A program made the position numbers and the translations under genes. Shown piece by piece: positions 1 to 10,600 of a DNA stretch of 64,000 nucleotides. Numbering within the stretch: position 1 is the first letter of the stretch; each line of letters starts with the position of its first letter. The notes beneath the pieces were generated by a model. The model was not told where the DNA came from and did not search any database. It saw nothing but the letters and a program-made list of their open reading frames with translations. Source of the DNA: Limisphaerales bacterium (GTDB taxonomy: Bacteria; Verrucomicrobiota; Verrucomicrobiia; Limisphaerales; SIBE01); the NCBI GenBank assembly GCA_044225505.1, contig JBGAIN010000007.1, positions 1-64,000 on the forward strand, written 5' to 3'.

Positions 1-269
1 CCTGTCAGACTTGGATGCGCCCCAATCGGAATTCCACTCGCCGCTTGGAGTGCGCGCGCCTCACTCTCCAAGACAGCAGAGACGGATTCGCCGCTGGGCA
101 AATCGGCTGGACCGCTGATTCCAAATCCAAACGTGTCCACGATCTTGTTTCCAAGTTGGATCAAATCTTTGCTCGGCTCCGTCTCAGGAACGACGAGAAA
201 TCGCCTTGGGGCATTAAACAGGGCTCTGATTGAGCCGCCGCCAAGTTACCGCTGCGGCCTTTCCGTGTG

Positions 270-1571
270 TCAAGTTGGTTGCCGTACGCCGATGGCGCGA
301 AACTGGAACAAGAAAAAGGCGGCAGCCACCAGGAACGCAACGATCGATAACGCCGTCACGAGCCATGCGGTGGCAGTAAACACAGGCAGAATCGCGCCGC
401 CACCGCGAAAGTTGCGAACCAACATGATGGCTACGTAGCCGAGATAGCCAAAAGCATCCGCGATGTAGATTAAGAACCCGACGTTTGCTCGGTCGCGCGT
501 GACCGCGATCAAGCGTTCAAAAAGGGTGGTATGCACAGCGACATAAGGCATATACAGGCCGAACCCGAGCAAAACCATAAACGCGAAGGGAGAGAGGTAG
601 CTCGCCTTGTTTACGATCAATGTCAGGGCAATGATACATAGCCCGGCCACCGCCGTGCCGAGCGCAATGAAAAAGGCCGTTCGGTTATCGCGGATAAGCA
701 CGATTAAGCCGTTGACCGCGAGGACTCCCAAAGCCACCCACACTTCGGAACGCGTGAACAGGGCAGGATCCGCTTTGGCTCCAAGCGCTGACCAAATTTC
801 TGGCGCAAAATCGGCTCGCATGCTGCGCAGGATGGTGATCAACAAATAAGCCGCTGTGATTCCGGCTAACCCGGGAGCGTAACGACGCAACATGGCCCGA
901 CGCTCGACACGGTTCATTGGCGCACGACTCGAACGGGCGGCAATATCGGAGGCTGTCGGAGGCGGAATCTGGCGCAGCATCCAAACAAAGATCATCAGGG
1001 GTCCTACGAAAAGCAGGCCTGCGAAAAACGGCATCCATTGCTGGCTGATCCCGAGTGTCAGCAACCACGCTCCGGTGGACTTGGTAAATCCGTCGGCGAG
1101 AATGAAACTAGCGCAAAGTCCCGCAATAAAAGCTTCTGTCATCCTCCGCCCCTCGAGGAATCCCAGAACAAGACCGAAGACCATGCCAAGCGACAACCCA
1201 TTCAGGAACAGGCAAGCACAACTATACGGAGGCGGGACGAGGCCGAAGAGTAGTAGCGCAAACCGGGCCGCTCCGATCAGGGTCAGAAAAACGCCAGCGC
1301 GACGACTGGGCTGCATCGCCGCAATCACTCGGATGCCAAGAAACTTGGAGAGCGTGTAGCCCAGAGCTTGTGCCACAACGAGCCAAGTCTTGAATCCGGA
1401 CCAAAAGGGCTCCTCCGTGTAGGTGGCGGCGGTGAACGGTTTCCGAAACCCGTACATGGACGCGTATGCCCCGAAGGAGGCGAGGACGCACCAACCGGAC
1501 AAAAGCCACGGCCACCTCAATACCAGCGCAGAAAAAAAAGTGGAGCGAACCCCAGCAGCACTCCCGCTCAT
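270..1571 (-). CDS. DUF5690-family MFS-like membrane protein (phosphonate-catabolism associated)
   Basis: Many hydrophobic segments; motifs YASMYGFRKPFTAA and FLEGRRMTE recognised as DUF5690. Start re-called to ATG 1571, which overlaps the TGA of the upstream dehydrogenase (ATGA coupling). Confidence 0.75.
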   Translation of the reverse strand: MSGSAAGVRSTFFSALVLRWPWLLSGWCVLASFGAYASMYGFRKPFTAATYTEEPFWSGFKTWLVVAQALGYTLSKFLGIRVIAAMQPSRRAGVFLTLIGAARFALLLFGLVPPPYSCACLFLNGLSLGMVFGLVLGFLEGRRMTEAFIAGLCASFILADGFTKSTGAWLLTLGISQQWMPFFAGLLFVGPLMIFVWMLRQIPPPTASDIAARSSRAPMNRVERRAMLRRYAPGLAGITAAYLLITILRSMRADFAPEIWSALGAKADPALFTRSEVWVALGVLAVNGLIVLIRDNRTAFFIALGTAVAGLCIIALTLIVNKASYLSPFAFMVLLGFGLYMPYVAVHTTLFERLIAVTRDRANVGFLIYIADAFGYLGYVAIMLVRNFRGGGAILPVFTATAWLVTALSIVAFLVAAAFFLFQFRAIGVRQPT

Positions 1572-2611
1572 GGCCGAATGGCGACTCTTTGCCATTGTTG
1601 CGTTCGAGCGGCTGCGAAAGCAGCGTCCAGATCGGCGAGTGGAAACGCTTTTGAGATCAGCGTCGTCCAAGCGTGCGCGTCACGATTCTGCTCCAGGAAC
1701 AAGACGGCGCGCTCGAGGTGGCAAGGCGCGTAATTATAAACGCCGCGAATTGTCAGGCACCGACGGACGATCGTTTCGCCGGTGATGTCGATCTTCGTGG
1801 AGGGATGCACCATTCCGACGAACGTGTAGCAGCCGCCAGGCCGCAGCAGGCGCATCCCTTCGGCCACGACCGCGGACGTTCCCGCGGTTTCGAAGACGGC
1901 ATCGACGGTGCCCGACCCCAGGATTTCTTCCGCGCCATTTGGGGCCGGCTCCGCGCCAAAGAGCGGGGCGAGCCGGAGTCGATCTTGGTTCGTGTCCACA
2001 AGGACAACTCTCTCAACGCCAGCCGCCTGAAGCAAAGCACAGCCGTAAATCCCGAGCATGCCGGCCCCTTGGACCACAGCGACCCGGCAGGGCGTCGGCA
2101 GCGACTCGGTTGCGTGGACCATGGTGGCCAAGGCGCAGTTAGCGGGTGCCACGACTTCGTCCGGCAATGTGTCGGAGACAGGCACGATTGTTGTTCCTGG
2201 GCGAATGAGCAGGTGCGACGCGTAGCAGCCATTTAATCCAGAACGATCATCCAGAGGAGCATGCCCATACTTGAACAGGCGGGTGCATTTTTGGGGCAAG
2301 CGCCACTCTCGGCAGGGAATGCAGCTTCCGCAACTGTCGGCCAATGTCCAGGTAACGCGCCGCCCCTCCAACGACGGGTCGCGGCCTGAGCCGACCTGGA
2401 TGACTCGTCCGACCGCTTCGTGTCCTAGCACGCAAGGAACGGGTTCCTTTCGCCGACCGTCCACGGTGTGGAGATCCGAACCGCAAATTGTCGCAAGCGA
2501 AACGGCCACGATGACTTCACCCTCACCGCACGATGGCAAGGGACGATCCGTCCACTCGAATGGCTGGCCTGTCCCATGGAAAATGGCGATTCGAGCGAAT
2601 GGACGGAGCAT
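1568..2611 (-). CDS. Zinc-dependent alcohol dehydrogenase, phosphonate-catabolism-associated type
   Basis: ICGSDLH, GHE, structural-zinc CGSCIPC..C and GAGMLG Rossmann motifs; APANCALATM is typical of the phosphonate-associated subfamily; adjacent to DUF5690. Confidence 0.85.
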   Translation of the reverse strand: MLRPFARIAIFHGTGQPFEWTDRPLPSCGEGEVIVAVSLATICGSDLHTVDGRRKEPVPCVLGHEAVGRVIQVGSGRDPSLEGRRVTWTLADSCGSCIPCREWRLPQKCTRLFKYGHAPLDDRSGLNGCYASHLLIRPGTTIVPVSDTLPDEVVAPANCALATMVHATESLPTPCRVAVVQGAGMLGIYGCALLQAAGVERVVLVDTNQDRLRLAPLFGAEPAPNGAEEILGSGTVDAVFETAGTSAVVAEGMRLLRPGGCYTFVGMVHPSTKIDITGETIVRRCLTIRGVYNYAPCHLERAVLFLEQNRDAHAWTTLISKAFPLADLDAAFAAARTQQWQRVAIRP

Positions 2612-3379
2612 GGGTAAATTGTTTCAGTGGATTTTCAACGGCCTGACGTTACGCTCTCATTCTCAGTCAATCGAGCCCTCTCGGGGGCGAGATTCACCCC
2701 GCGCGCCCCGACCGCAAAGTCGTGTCGCTCGAAGCGAACAACTCGCCGGCCGCGCCCGTCGTAGGCAAACGCTCGCCGTCCGTATCTCCCCCCCCTACGG
2801 CGGCGACATCGGCGGTTTTCAGTATTCTCAGTCTCACTGACATCCGATCGTTCAACAGCGTTTAGCGCTTCCGCGAAGTCTGCACAAGCGACAATCTGGT
2901 GACGGGCACGCCCAGCGCCCTCGTCGCTGCGCTCGAACCGCGGGCTCAGAGTTGAGATGCAGAAACCATCGAATCGAACTCGAGTTCTTTGCAGGCCCCC
3001 TGAATTCACGCAGAGTTCCCAGAAACGACATGCTGCCGTAACTGGGCCTTGCTCCTATTACGAATGCCGGGTTAATGCCCGCCTGTGAGCGGCCACCCGG
3101 CCTCCCTTTTGTCCGAGCAATGTCCGTATCAGCTTCCGTTGCCGTTGGGGACGGAACCAGAACTGCAGCGGTGCGGTCAGAAACGCTCTTAAAGAGGGCC
3201 AAACCCGGTGAACCCTGTGGCCACTACCACCCTGTGGCCACCATTCACCCGAAGGTGCCGTCGCGGAGGCGGTCGTCGGCTTCATTCAGAAATTCGGCGA
3301 TATTCACTCTTCCTAGGGGGCCGAAGGTGAGTAGAATTCCTGATTTGCCAGGAATCAAGGTCGCCTCGGGTGGGAAGCA

Positions 3380-3437
3380 ATAAAAGAGGAACGACGAGCT
3401 AGCACCGCTTTACGTCCCCGATGTAGCTCGTCGTCCC
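3380..3437 (-). terminator. Probable intrinsic terminator
   Basis: ACGACGAGCTA (3391-3401) pairs perfectly with TAGCTCGTCGT (3424-3434); the stem extends to 14 bp with one G-U on the minus strand and is followed by UCUUUUAUU. Loop is large (22 nt). Confidence 0.5.
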
Positions 3438-3526
3438 AGAACAACAGCGCGGAAGAAACAGCAGCCCGCACTACGAGCGCTCTGCGCTTATCCGAATGGC
3501 CTAAAAAGCGCTCGCTGGATCATGCT

Positions 3527-3564
3527 AAGACAAGAATGTGACTTCGAAAGGGCGATTCGGTAAC
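3527..3564 (-). promoter_or_regulatory. Pho-box-like 11-bp-periodic repeat array
   Basis: Minus strand GTTAC-N6-GCCCT-N6-GTCAC-N6-GTCTT. Confidence 0.35.
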
Positions 3565-3601
3565 ATTTCGCCAACTATTCCCCAGCCCCAATGTCTCTAA
3601 A

Positions 3602-6115
3602 TTACCGGCCGGCCAGGATTTGCCGAGCCAACTCCAGGGAGGGCTTTTTCCCAACCATAGGAAAGCCTAGGCTATCGCCGTTGGGCGTAAATCCACCACC
3701 ATCCACGTCGATGAAGATTGGATTGTTGAACGCGCATGGCTTGAGCTTGGCCTGGTCACTACTGCCATAGCCGAGCGCAAGGTTAAAGCCCTCGCCATAG
3801 GCGACCACAATCAGATGCGCATCTTCTGAAAGGGGGACACGCACATCGTGAGCAAATTTCAGGACACCGTTTTGAAACCAATCTGGATGCGACTTGCGAG
3901 TGAAATTGAGTTCCTTCCTGGCCCGTCCATTAACGAGAATCTGGACCCGGTCGATATCAATCCAATCGGTGCACTGCACTTTGATCTGGAGTGTCACCCC
4001 ACCGTTGACCCTGGCCAACCCTCCCGGCAGGATACTGTCCGCGGTCTGTACTTCGAGGAACGGGCCGGTGGTCAACGTCGATCGACCCGCCCGCGCATGC
4101 CGGCTGTTTTCCCGCCAATCGATCTGATTTGGCTCGTCAGACCGGCTTGGCAGGTACATCCGCCAGCCTCCCACCCCGTTGCCATGCACCGAGTGCGCGT
4201 CGGAAACGGCCATTCCCACCAGATGATGTCCGCGATTCAAGAGCTGGAGCCAAATAAACGCACGGTTTTCAATGACCGTTCCTTTCTGAGTGTTCTCGTC
4301 GGCATAAATGCGAAACGGGTAGGGCGATAGGATGGTCGAGTCGATGAAGTTCTCCACCTCGATCGCGTCAACGAGTCCGCCTAAGCCAACGAACCCACCG
4401 TCGGCAAGGCCGTCCCCATCCGAGTCAACAAAGTCCTCGATAAGATCCGGATGGTTCACTTGAATCCAACGATCAGGATCGCGTTCCTGGTGGTTCCTCA
4501 ACAGAATGGCACTAACTCGAGGATCCGGGTTCCAGACTGGGGCGCCTCCGTCCTGCAGATCGGGATTGGGCCTAAAGGGAAAGGAGTTCAGGTGCGGCCC
4601 TGAGCCTGTGAGTTCAACACCTGAGACCGTGGTCAGAAACTTCGTTAATCCCAAGCGCTCGATATTGGGACGCCAATCAAAGAGCCGGTTGTGTTCCGTT
4701 GTGGGAGCAAACTCGACATGCTCCGCTGCCAGGTTGATAATGCGATCGTCGGTTCCGCAGGTGTTGTCTCCACTCGGAGTGGAATGATTATGGTAGTCCG
4801 CACTGACCCACCCGCGGGTGTCCACCAACCGCTTAAGCTGGCACTTTATGTTTTGAGCCTCCCCAGGCAACACCTCGATCTTCCGACTGAAATAGCTGAA
4901 TTCGATTCCGCGCGTCACAATGACCTCATATCGCCCAGGTGCAACTCCGAGAGTGAATCGTCCGTTCTCAGAGTGATACTGATCCCGACAACCGTGGGCA
5001 CGGTTGGGCGGTCCAAAGTCCGGCGACGGGGTCCCGTCAACTCCGATCACCTGCGCTTTGCACGGTAACTCCCTGCCCTGCTCGTCGGTTATCTCGAACG
5101 CGAGTGCCGCCCGGCGGGAAAAACGGCATCTCAACTCCGCTATTTGGTTCTCACGAACTTCCAGACTTTGCCGGATGGTTTCGCGCCCAGCATCCTGAAT
5201 CACAATTTCATACGTCCCAGCAGGAAAAGGAATCAAGAACTTCCCGTCCGGGCCAGGGTAGGCACACACGGTCTGGTCTTCGTAGGAGATCCGCACCGTC
5301 GCCGTTGCTGCAGGGTGTCCCTCAAGTTCAAGCAACTCGGCGCTAATCCGACCGACTGGCGCTTGTCGGCTCACGGCAATACCGACTGCCTCCGCTGGAG
5401 ATTCACCCACGGCAAGGAAGCGGCTAAGCACCTTCTGTTCCCCGGGCTTCAGTTCGACGCGGTTCGTCGCTACCCCCTGAGCCGCCGAATTGGTACAGCA
5501 ATACGCATAGCCAACCCGATCGGCCGGGTCGACCGCATCGGCCCACCGAATCCCGCGGAACACGCCGTTCGTTAGAAACGTTCCCCAACGATCATCGATC
5601 GATTGGATCCGGGCTTCATCCACCACGTTGGACAACGTCGTTGTAATGAGGACCCCCGGCCAGCCTGGCAGCAGTTTGAACTCATGGCGCTTGTAGAGAC
5701 CATTATTGGAAGCGGCGGTCGTCACCGTTTCTATGACAGCATCGTCACCGACCCCTGAAACACGGACATAGGAGACAGGGCCCCGCTGATCACACGGTGC
5801 GAAAACGGTCAACTGGTCATTCGCCCGGTCGCGCAGTGTGAGATCGTAGAGACAACCTGGGGTGATTCCGTTGGTTCCGTAAAATGTGCCCATGTTGGCT
5901 CGCCGGAGCGGAAGGTTGCCGGAGACGAGAGCTTCGACACGATCGTTCCGGAGGACAAAATCGCCAACGATTCCATCTGCCTCCTTGCCCTTCGGGAGAA
6001 GGTGCTTGTTCGAGGGTCCAATCTCAAATACTTCGCCTCGGGCGGTGAGCACAACGGCAGTGCAGCAAACCATCCCGAGACGTGCGAGGGCATGGGCTAA
6101 AGGCTTGGATTTCAT
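3602..6115 (-). CDS. CehA/McbA-family PHP-domain metallohydrolase, secreted
   Basis: Signal-peptide-like N-terminus, carboxypeptidase-regulatory-like beta domains, PHP metal motifs DYHNHS, TTEHN, VNHP, SDAH. Start re-called at MKSKP. Confidence 0.8.
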   Translation of the reverse strand: MKSKPLAHALARLGMVCCTAVVLTARGEVFEIGPSNKHLLPKGKEADGIVGDFVLRNDRVEALVSGNLPLRRANMGTFYGTNGITPGCLYDLTLRDRANDQLTVFAPCDQRGPVSYVRVSGVGDDAVIETVTTAASNNGLYKRHEFKLLPGWPGVLITTTLSNVVDEARIQSIDDRWGTFLTNGVFRGIRWADAVDPADRVGYAYCCTNSAAQGVATNRVELKPGEQKVLSRFLAVGESPAEAVGIAVSRQAPVGRISAELLELEGHPAATATVRISYEDQTVCAYPGPDGKFLIPFPAGTYEIVIQDAGRETIRQSLEVRENQIAELRCRFSRRAALAFEITDEQGRELPCKAQVIGVDGTPSPDFGPPNRAHGCRDQYHSENGRFTLGVAPGRYEVIVTRGIEFSYFSRKIEVLPGEAQNIKCQLKRLVDTRGWVSADYHNHSTPSGDNTCGTDDRIINLAAEHVEFAPTTEHNRLFDWRPNIERLGLTKFLTTVSGVELTGSGPHLNSFPFRPNPDLQDGGAPVWNPDPRVSAILLRNHQERDPDRWIQVNHPDLIEDFVDSDGDGLADGGFVGLGGLVDAIEVENFIDSTILSPYPFRIYADENTQKGTVIENRAFIWLQLLNRGHHLVGMAVSDAHSVHGNGVGGWRMYLPSRSDEPNQIDWRENSRHARAGRSTLTTGPFLEVQTADSILPGGLARVNGGVTLQIKVQCTDWIDIDRVQILVNGRARKELNFTRKSHPDWFQNGVLKFAHDVRVPLSEDAHLIVVAYGEGFNLALGYGSSDQAKLKPCAFNNPIFIDVDGGGFTPNGDSLGFPMVGKKPSLELARQILAGR

Positions 6116-6560
6116 CTGTTTCTTCGAGATTCGGGTGACGATCAACGGAGCCGGGTCATCACTGTCATGAACGTCTAGCTTAAGCGACCGAATCGCGCAT
6201 TCCAGTGGCGGTTGCGTGAATAATGAGAAACAAAAAGAGAAGAGCGGTCAAACTAACGCCCAGAGTTGCCCATCCCCTGACTGCCGCTCCCATTGCCGAA
6301 GCCTGAGCTACTCGAACCAATACCTGTTGTTTGGTTCTGCTGCTGGGTTGCGCGATTGTTCAGATGACACGGCTCCCGAGCGCGCCTCAGGGCGCTGGAG
6401 TGGCTGCTGCGGGTTGCCGACCGCGCCACGGAGGTCCTCTTGGCGGCACGCCAGCGGATCCTATATTGGCCCGTGAAGCAATCTCGCGCTGAACGGGCTA
6501 TCGTAAGATCGGGACTGGGGTTAATTCACGCGGGAGGGCGGCGCCGATCGCTCGAGCCAA

Positions 6561-7433
6561 TTAACGGTGGGCCGTACTATGAGACTGCATCCAGATGTGG
6601 TCCTTGTTGTTCGGCGTATTCAAATGTTGAGCGCTTGACGTTTTCGTCAACGGCGGCTTGGTTCGCGGGTCGAGCCAACGCCTTATTTCCGAATGACCAT
6701 CCGCAAAATTGAGAGCACCAGACCCGCCATGGTAACTGGCGGGCACGTCATAAAGGAAATTCTTCTCCGGGTGATCCGGATACCCAATCATATCCACCAC
6801 AAAAAAGCCGTCGTTAATGCTGTCTTCCCTCTCGTCAATCAGGACCCAGAGCGAGGATGGCCCTGGACGGTCCAGATCGGACGCTTTGACGTAGTTGATG
6901 AAATTGTTACCCGGATTGTACTCGGAACGGCTGGGGCTGTTCATCCAGTTGTTCATCGAAACACTCCGCACGCGTGGATACGTCTTCTTGCTGTGAATGG
7001 AGGAACTTTTGTCTCCTGGGCAACGCCAGACATTGAAGCTTTTGTGGTAGGGCCATAGATGGCTCCGCGTCAGAAAGAGAGTGTTTGTATTATCAGGATT
7101 TGAAGAGCGGTCTAACGAGCCCGCCACCCAGGTTAATGGATATGCCTGATCGCGGGCTGAGTTGAACCCGTCTTGACGATTGCCATTGTTAGGCGGGAGG
7201 CGATCATCATTATCATGGATATACATCACCCACGAGTATCCCAATTGCCGCAGGTTACTGAGGCACAAGATTGCGTGGGCCTTCGTCTTCGCCTTCGAGA
7301 GTGCTGGCAGAAGCATGCCCGCCAAAATGGCAATAATGGCGATAACTACAAGGAGCTCAATGAGGGTAAACGCTGCGCGGGTGTTCCGCCTGGCCGAAAT
7401 CCGATCTCCCGACTGAGCTGTTCTCCGATTCAT
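6561..7433 (-). CDS. Prepilin-type N-terminal cleavage/methylation protein with H-X9-DG motif
   Basis: [34 protein letters not shown]-terminal [13 protein letters not shown]. Start re-called at MNRRT. Confidence 0.9.
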   Translation of the reverse strand: MNRRTAQSGDRISARRNTRAAFTLIELLVVIAIIAILAGMLLPALSKAKTKAHAILCLSNLRQLGYSWVMYIHDNDDRLPPNNGNRQDGFNSARDQAYPLTWVAGSLDRSSNPDNTNTLFLTRSHLWPYHKSFNVWRCPGDKSSSIHSKKTYPRVRSVSMNNWMNSPSRSEYNPGNNFINYVKASDLDRPGPSSLWVLIDEREDSINDGFFVVDMIGYPDHPEKNFLYDVPASYHGGSGALNFADGHSEIRRWLDPRTKPPLTKTSSAQHLNTPNNKDHIWMQSHSTAHR

Positions 7434-7440
7434 GTAAGGC

Positions 7441-7494
7441 AGCGTAGCGATAGCGGGTTGCGAACCGGTGACGACCCTGCAAAGCTTTCGCAAA
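7441..7494 (-). promoter_or_regulatory. Pho-box-like array plus -10 element (candidate leaderless promoter)
   Basis: Minus strand TTTGC-N6-TTTGC-N6-GTCAC-N6-GCAAC, then 10 nt, then TACGCT (7446-7441), 7 nt before ATG 7433. Confidence 0.45.
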
Positions 7495-7662
7495 TCAGGC
7501 AAGAGCGACCGCAGAAACAGTTTGACCAATGACGGGTGAACTCGCCGCTCAGCGCGTCGGCGTGCGATAAATAAATTGCGGCCGTTCTACCGGAGCAGAA
7601 CGGCCGCCTTATGGTAGCCGGAGACTTCAACCCGGCTCTTGGAAAGGATCAGCTTTTCCTGC

Positions 7663-10600
7663 CTAGTCCGTCCGTCGAAGTTGGTAGAAACGCTTCGACG
7701 TGAGGGCCGTCGTATCGGTGTATGAGACAAGACGTCCCGTGCCAGCTAACGGCGTTGTCGTTAGATTTGTCCAGGGTCCCCCGATGGCTTCCGCGGCCCA
7801 AACTTGATAATGCTTGTCCGGCAACGTGGTGAAATACACGGTTGTTCCCGCGCCGGGCGTGATTTGAGTCAGCAATGGCCATGTCACGGTGTCCTGACGC
7901 AAAGCCAGGCTTTGAATTCGTCGGTCAGCCGACGGTGGAAGGTCCGCGTCGGCGTAAACCTGTATGTTTGTCAGATAAGTCGCGAGCGCCCACTGCTCAC
8001 CACCGACCGTGGAAAACACGCGATTTGTCGAGGTCGCAAGATCGAGACGATTCGAGCCTAGTGTCAGCGGAAAATAGTTATCGCCGCCGCTCGCCAGGAA
8101 ATCGAGGGTCACCATGCGGAAGGTCCGGTTGGGGTCACCTACCAGACTGCCATTTTCCACAACCAGATCCAAGCTCCCGTCGGCGCGCGTCGCGACTAAG
8201 GATTGCACGCGCGCGCCTGTCTGCGCGATTGCAGTCGGAATATTATTCGAATCGCGCGTATAGGTCATTGGCGCATTGGTGGGATTGTAGGAAAACCAAA
8301 ATCCACCAATCTGAGGGAATTGGCCTGGAGTTGCGCCAGGCGCCACTGCGGCCACACCCCATTCCGCCGCGTCACGGAGTTCCTGGGCTGTGATCGTGAT
8401 CAGCGACAACGCATTATTGAAGCGCAGAGCGTTCTCGATATCGAGCTGCGAGACGTCTCCAGTCTCTTTCGAGACGAGCGGATTCGCCGGGGGCGGCACT
8501 CGGACACCACTGCTGGAAATTGCCCCGATCGAATCTCGAATACCGCCCCCGTTCTTCAACGACAGGGATGCATTCGCATCAAACTGTTGGGCGTACCATA
8601 GGTTTGCATCCGCACTCAGGTTGCCGAGGTTTGCTTCCTCGGTCCGGACGCTCGATCTCAGGCCGTTCAAATAGACCAAGGTCGTTCCGAACATATTGCC
8701 GTCTTTGGCAACAATGATCTGCTGCAGGTTGGTCGTAATTGCCAAGACTGCCGGAATCGGCGGAAGGTTACCCGTAGCCGTGACTCCCTGTTCGTCCGTC
8801 GCAAAAGCACCACTGTTAGTCGAGACAGAAGAGATGATGCCCTGATTGTCGAAGGTGAGGACAAGTCGTCCAACATACCGGTAGTTCCCGTCCGTGCTAA
8901 CAACGTGAACTGGCTCTCCAGACTTCGAGGTGAAAACCTCCGGATAGTCTCCCTGTCGTTCGTCACCAGTCCGCAAGCGATCGGTTTCCTTGGACAGGAT
9001 GGTGTCGGACCCGCCGGCAATGATGACATCCACGTCATGAAGTTGTTCAGCCAACGCGAATTCATTTGCAATCTGTTGCAACTGCGTCACCAGGACAATC
9101 TTGTTGATGCCACGGGCGAGCAATTGGTCCACAGCGCCCTGAACGGCCGCGGCGATGTTTGTCTCCACTCCAATCGAGCCGGCGCTCGTAATTGCACGGA
9201 AATCCGCAGTCGTCGCTCCGACCACCCCAATTGTTTGGCCGCCCACATTAATGAGACAGCTCTTGGCGACTTTGTTGGTCACTTGGCGATAGTCCTGGGC
9301 GTCGGCCGCGATCAACCCAGACGTACTGGAGTCTTTGCTGAAGTCGAGATTGGCACTCAGGAAAGGAAATGCCGTCCCAGGGTAGGTTCCAGAGGCTCGC
9401 AGTAAGTCACGGAAGGTAGCAGGAGTATCGTCGAATTCGTGGTTTCCGACGGCCGACGCTTGAACCCCCAGCGCGTTCAAAATCATCACGTCCCCTCTTC
9501 CTTTCCCGACGTAAGGTGCCGCAGGATCCGAACTGGCATAAAAGAACGGTCCGACGATCCAGTCGTCACCGGCCGCGAGGACAACGGTGTTGGTTGGATA
9601 TTCCGACTTCAACGCGGTTAGGACCGACGAGAATCGCGGAGCATCCTGCAACGCCGGGATTCCTGCTTCGAAATCACTGCCATGCAGGATCTGCAGCGTG
9701 AACGCGCCCGCATTGACGGCGCGACCAATGGTGACGACCGACACTGCGGATGTCGAGACGAGGCCCTGGTTGTCGGTCGCCACCGCCGTGTATCCGAAGG
9801 ATCCAAGCGAGTGGTTGGTCAACGTGAGGGCAAAAGGCGAGTTCGTGACCGTTCCCACCTTCACTCCATCGCGTTGGAATTCAACGCGTGAGACCCAGCC
9901 GTCTACGTCAGAAGCATTGGCACGAACGACAAGATTAACGGGCGCCAGGACCGACGTGCCGTTTGTCGGCTGCGCCAGCGCGACGATTGGAGGCTGCTGA
10001 GAGAGCACGATGGACGTGTTATAGACAGCGGATGTCGCGGAGGCTCCCTGGTTGTCGTAGACGACCGCATAGACGGAAAGTTCGCCAGCTGGCGGGTTCG
10101 TAAACGTGATCTGGAATGGGTAAGTGGCAGACTGGCTCAGCTGGTTGGAGCCGCTCCAAAAGACAACATTTGTCACCAAACCGTCCGGGTCTACGGCCCG
10201 AGCTGTCAGTGTCAGAGTCAGTGGTGAAGATAACACCGAGTTTGTTGGCCCGGCTAAGATCACCCCCGGTAGAGCGTTGGCAGGCACCGGCGCGTTATAG
10301 TTGGGCAGTGCCACTCGGTAGGCGAGGACCATGGTGTCGACCGGTGGATCGTTTGTTCCAACGGGAACGCCGTTATGGTAAACGATTGGTGCCTTGAAGT
10401 CGTTGTCGTTCATCACCAGCAGCAAGAAGTCATCCGGCGCTTCAGGCTCGTTCAACGGAATCAGGGCCAAACCTTCCCACTTCTCAGAAAGCGTGTTGGT
10501 GTTCTGGTTGGTACTGTTGTTCAGCCCGAACTTCGCCAATTGAGCTGGATCGAGAATGTCGACGAGGTCCGTCCGCTTGAGCGGCGCCACATCGGAGGGC

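Noticed and set aside
2635..3383. Several short ORFs on both strands
   Set aside because: No recognisable motifs and they overlap each other; none can be supported.
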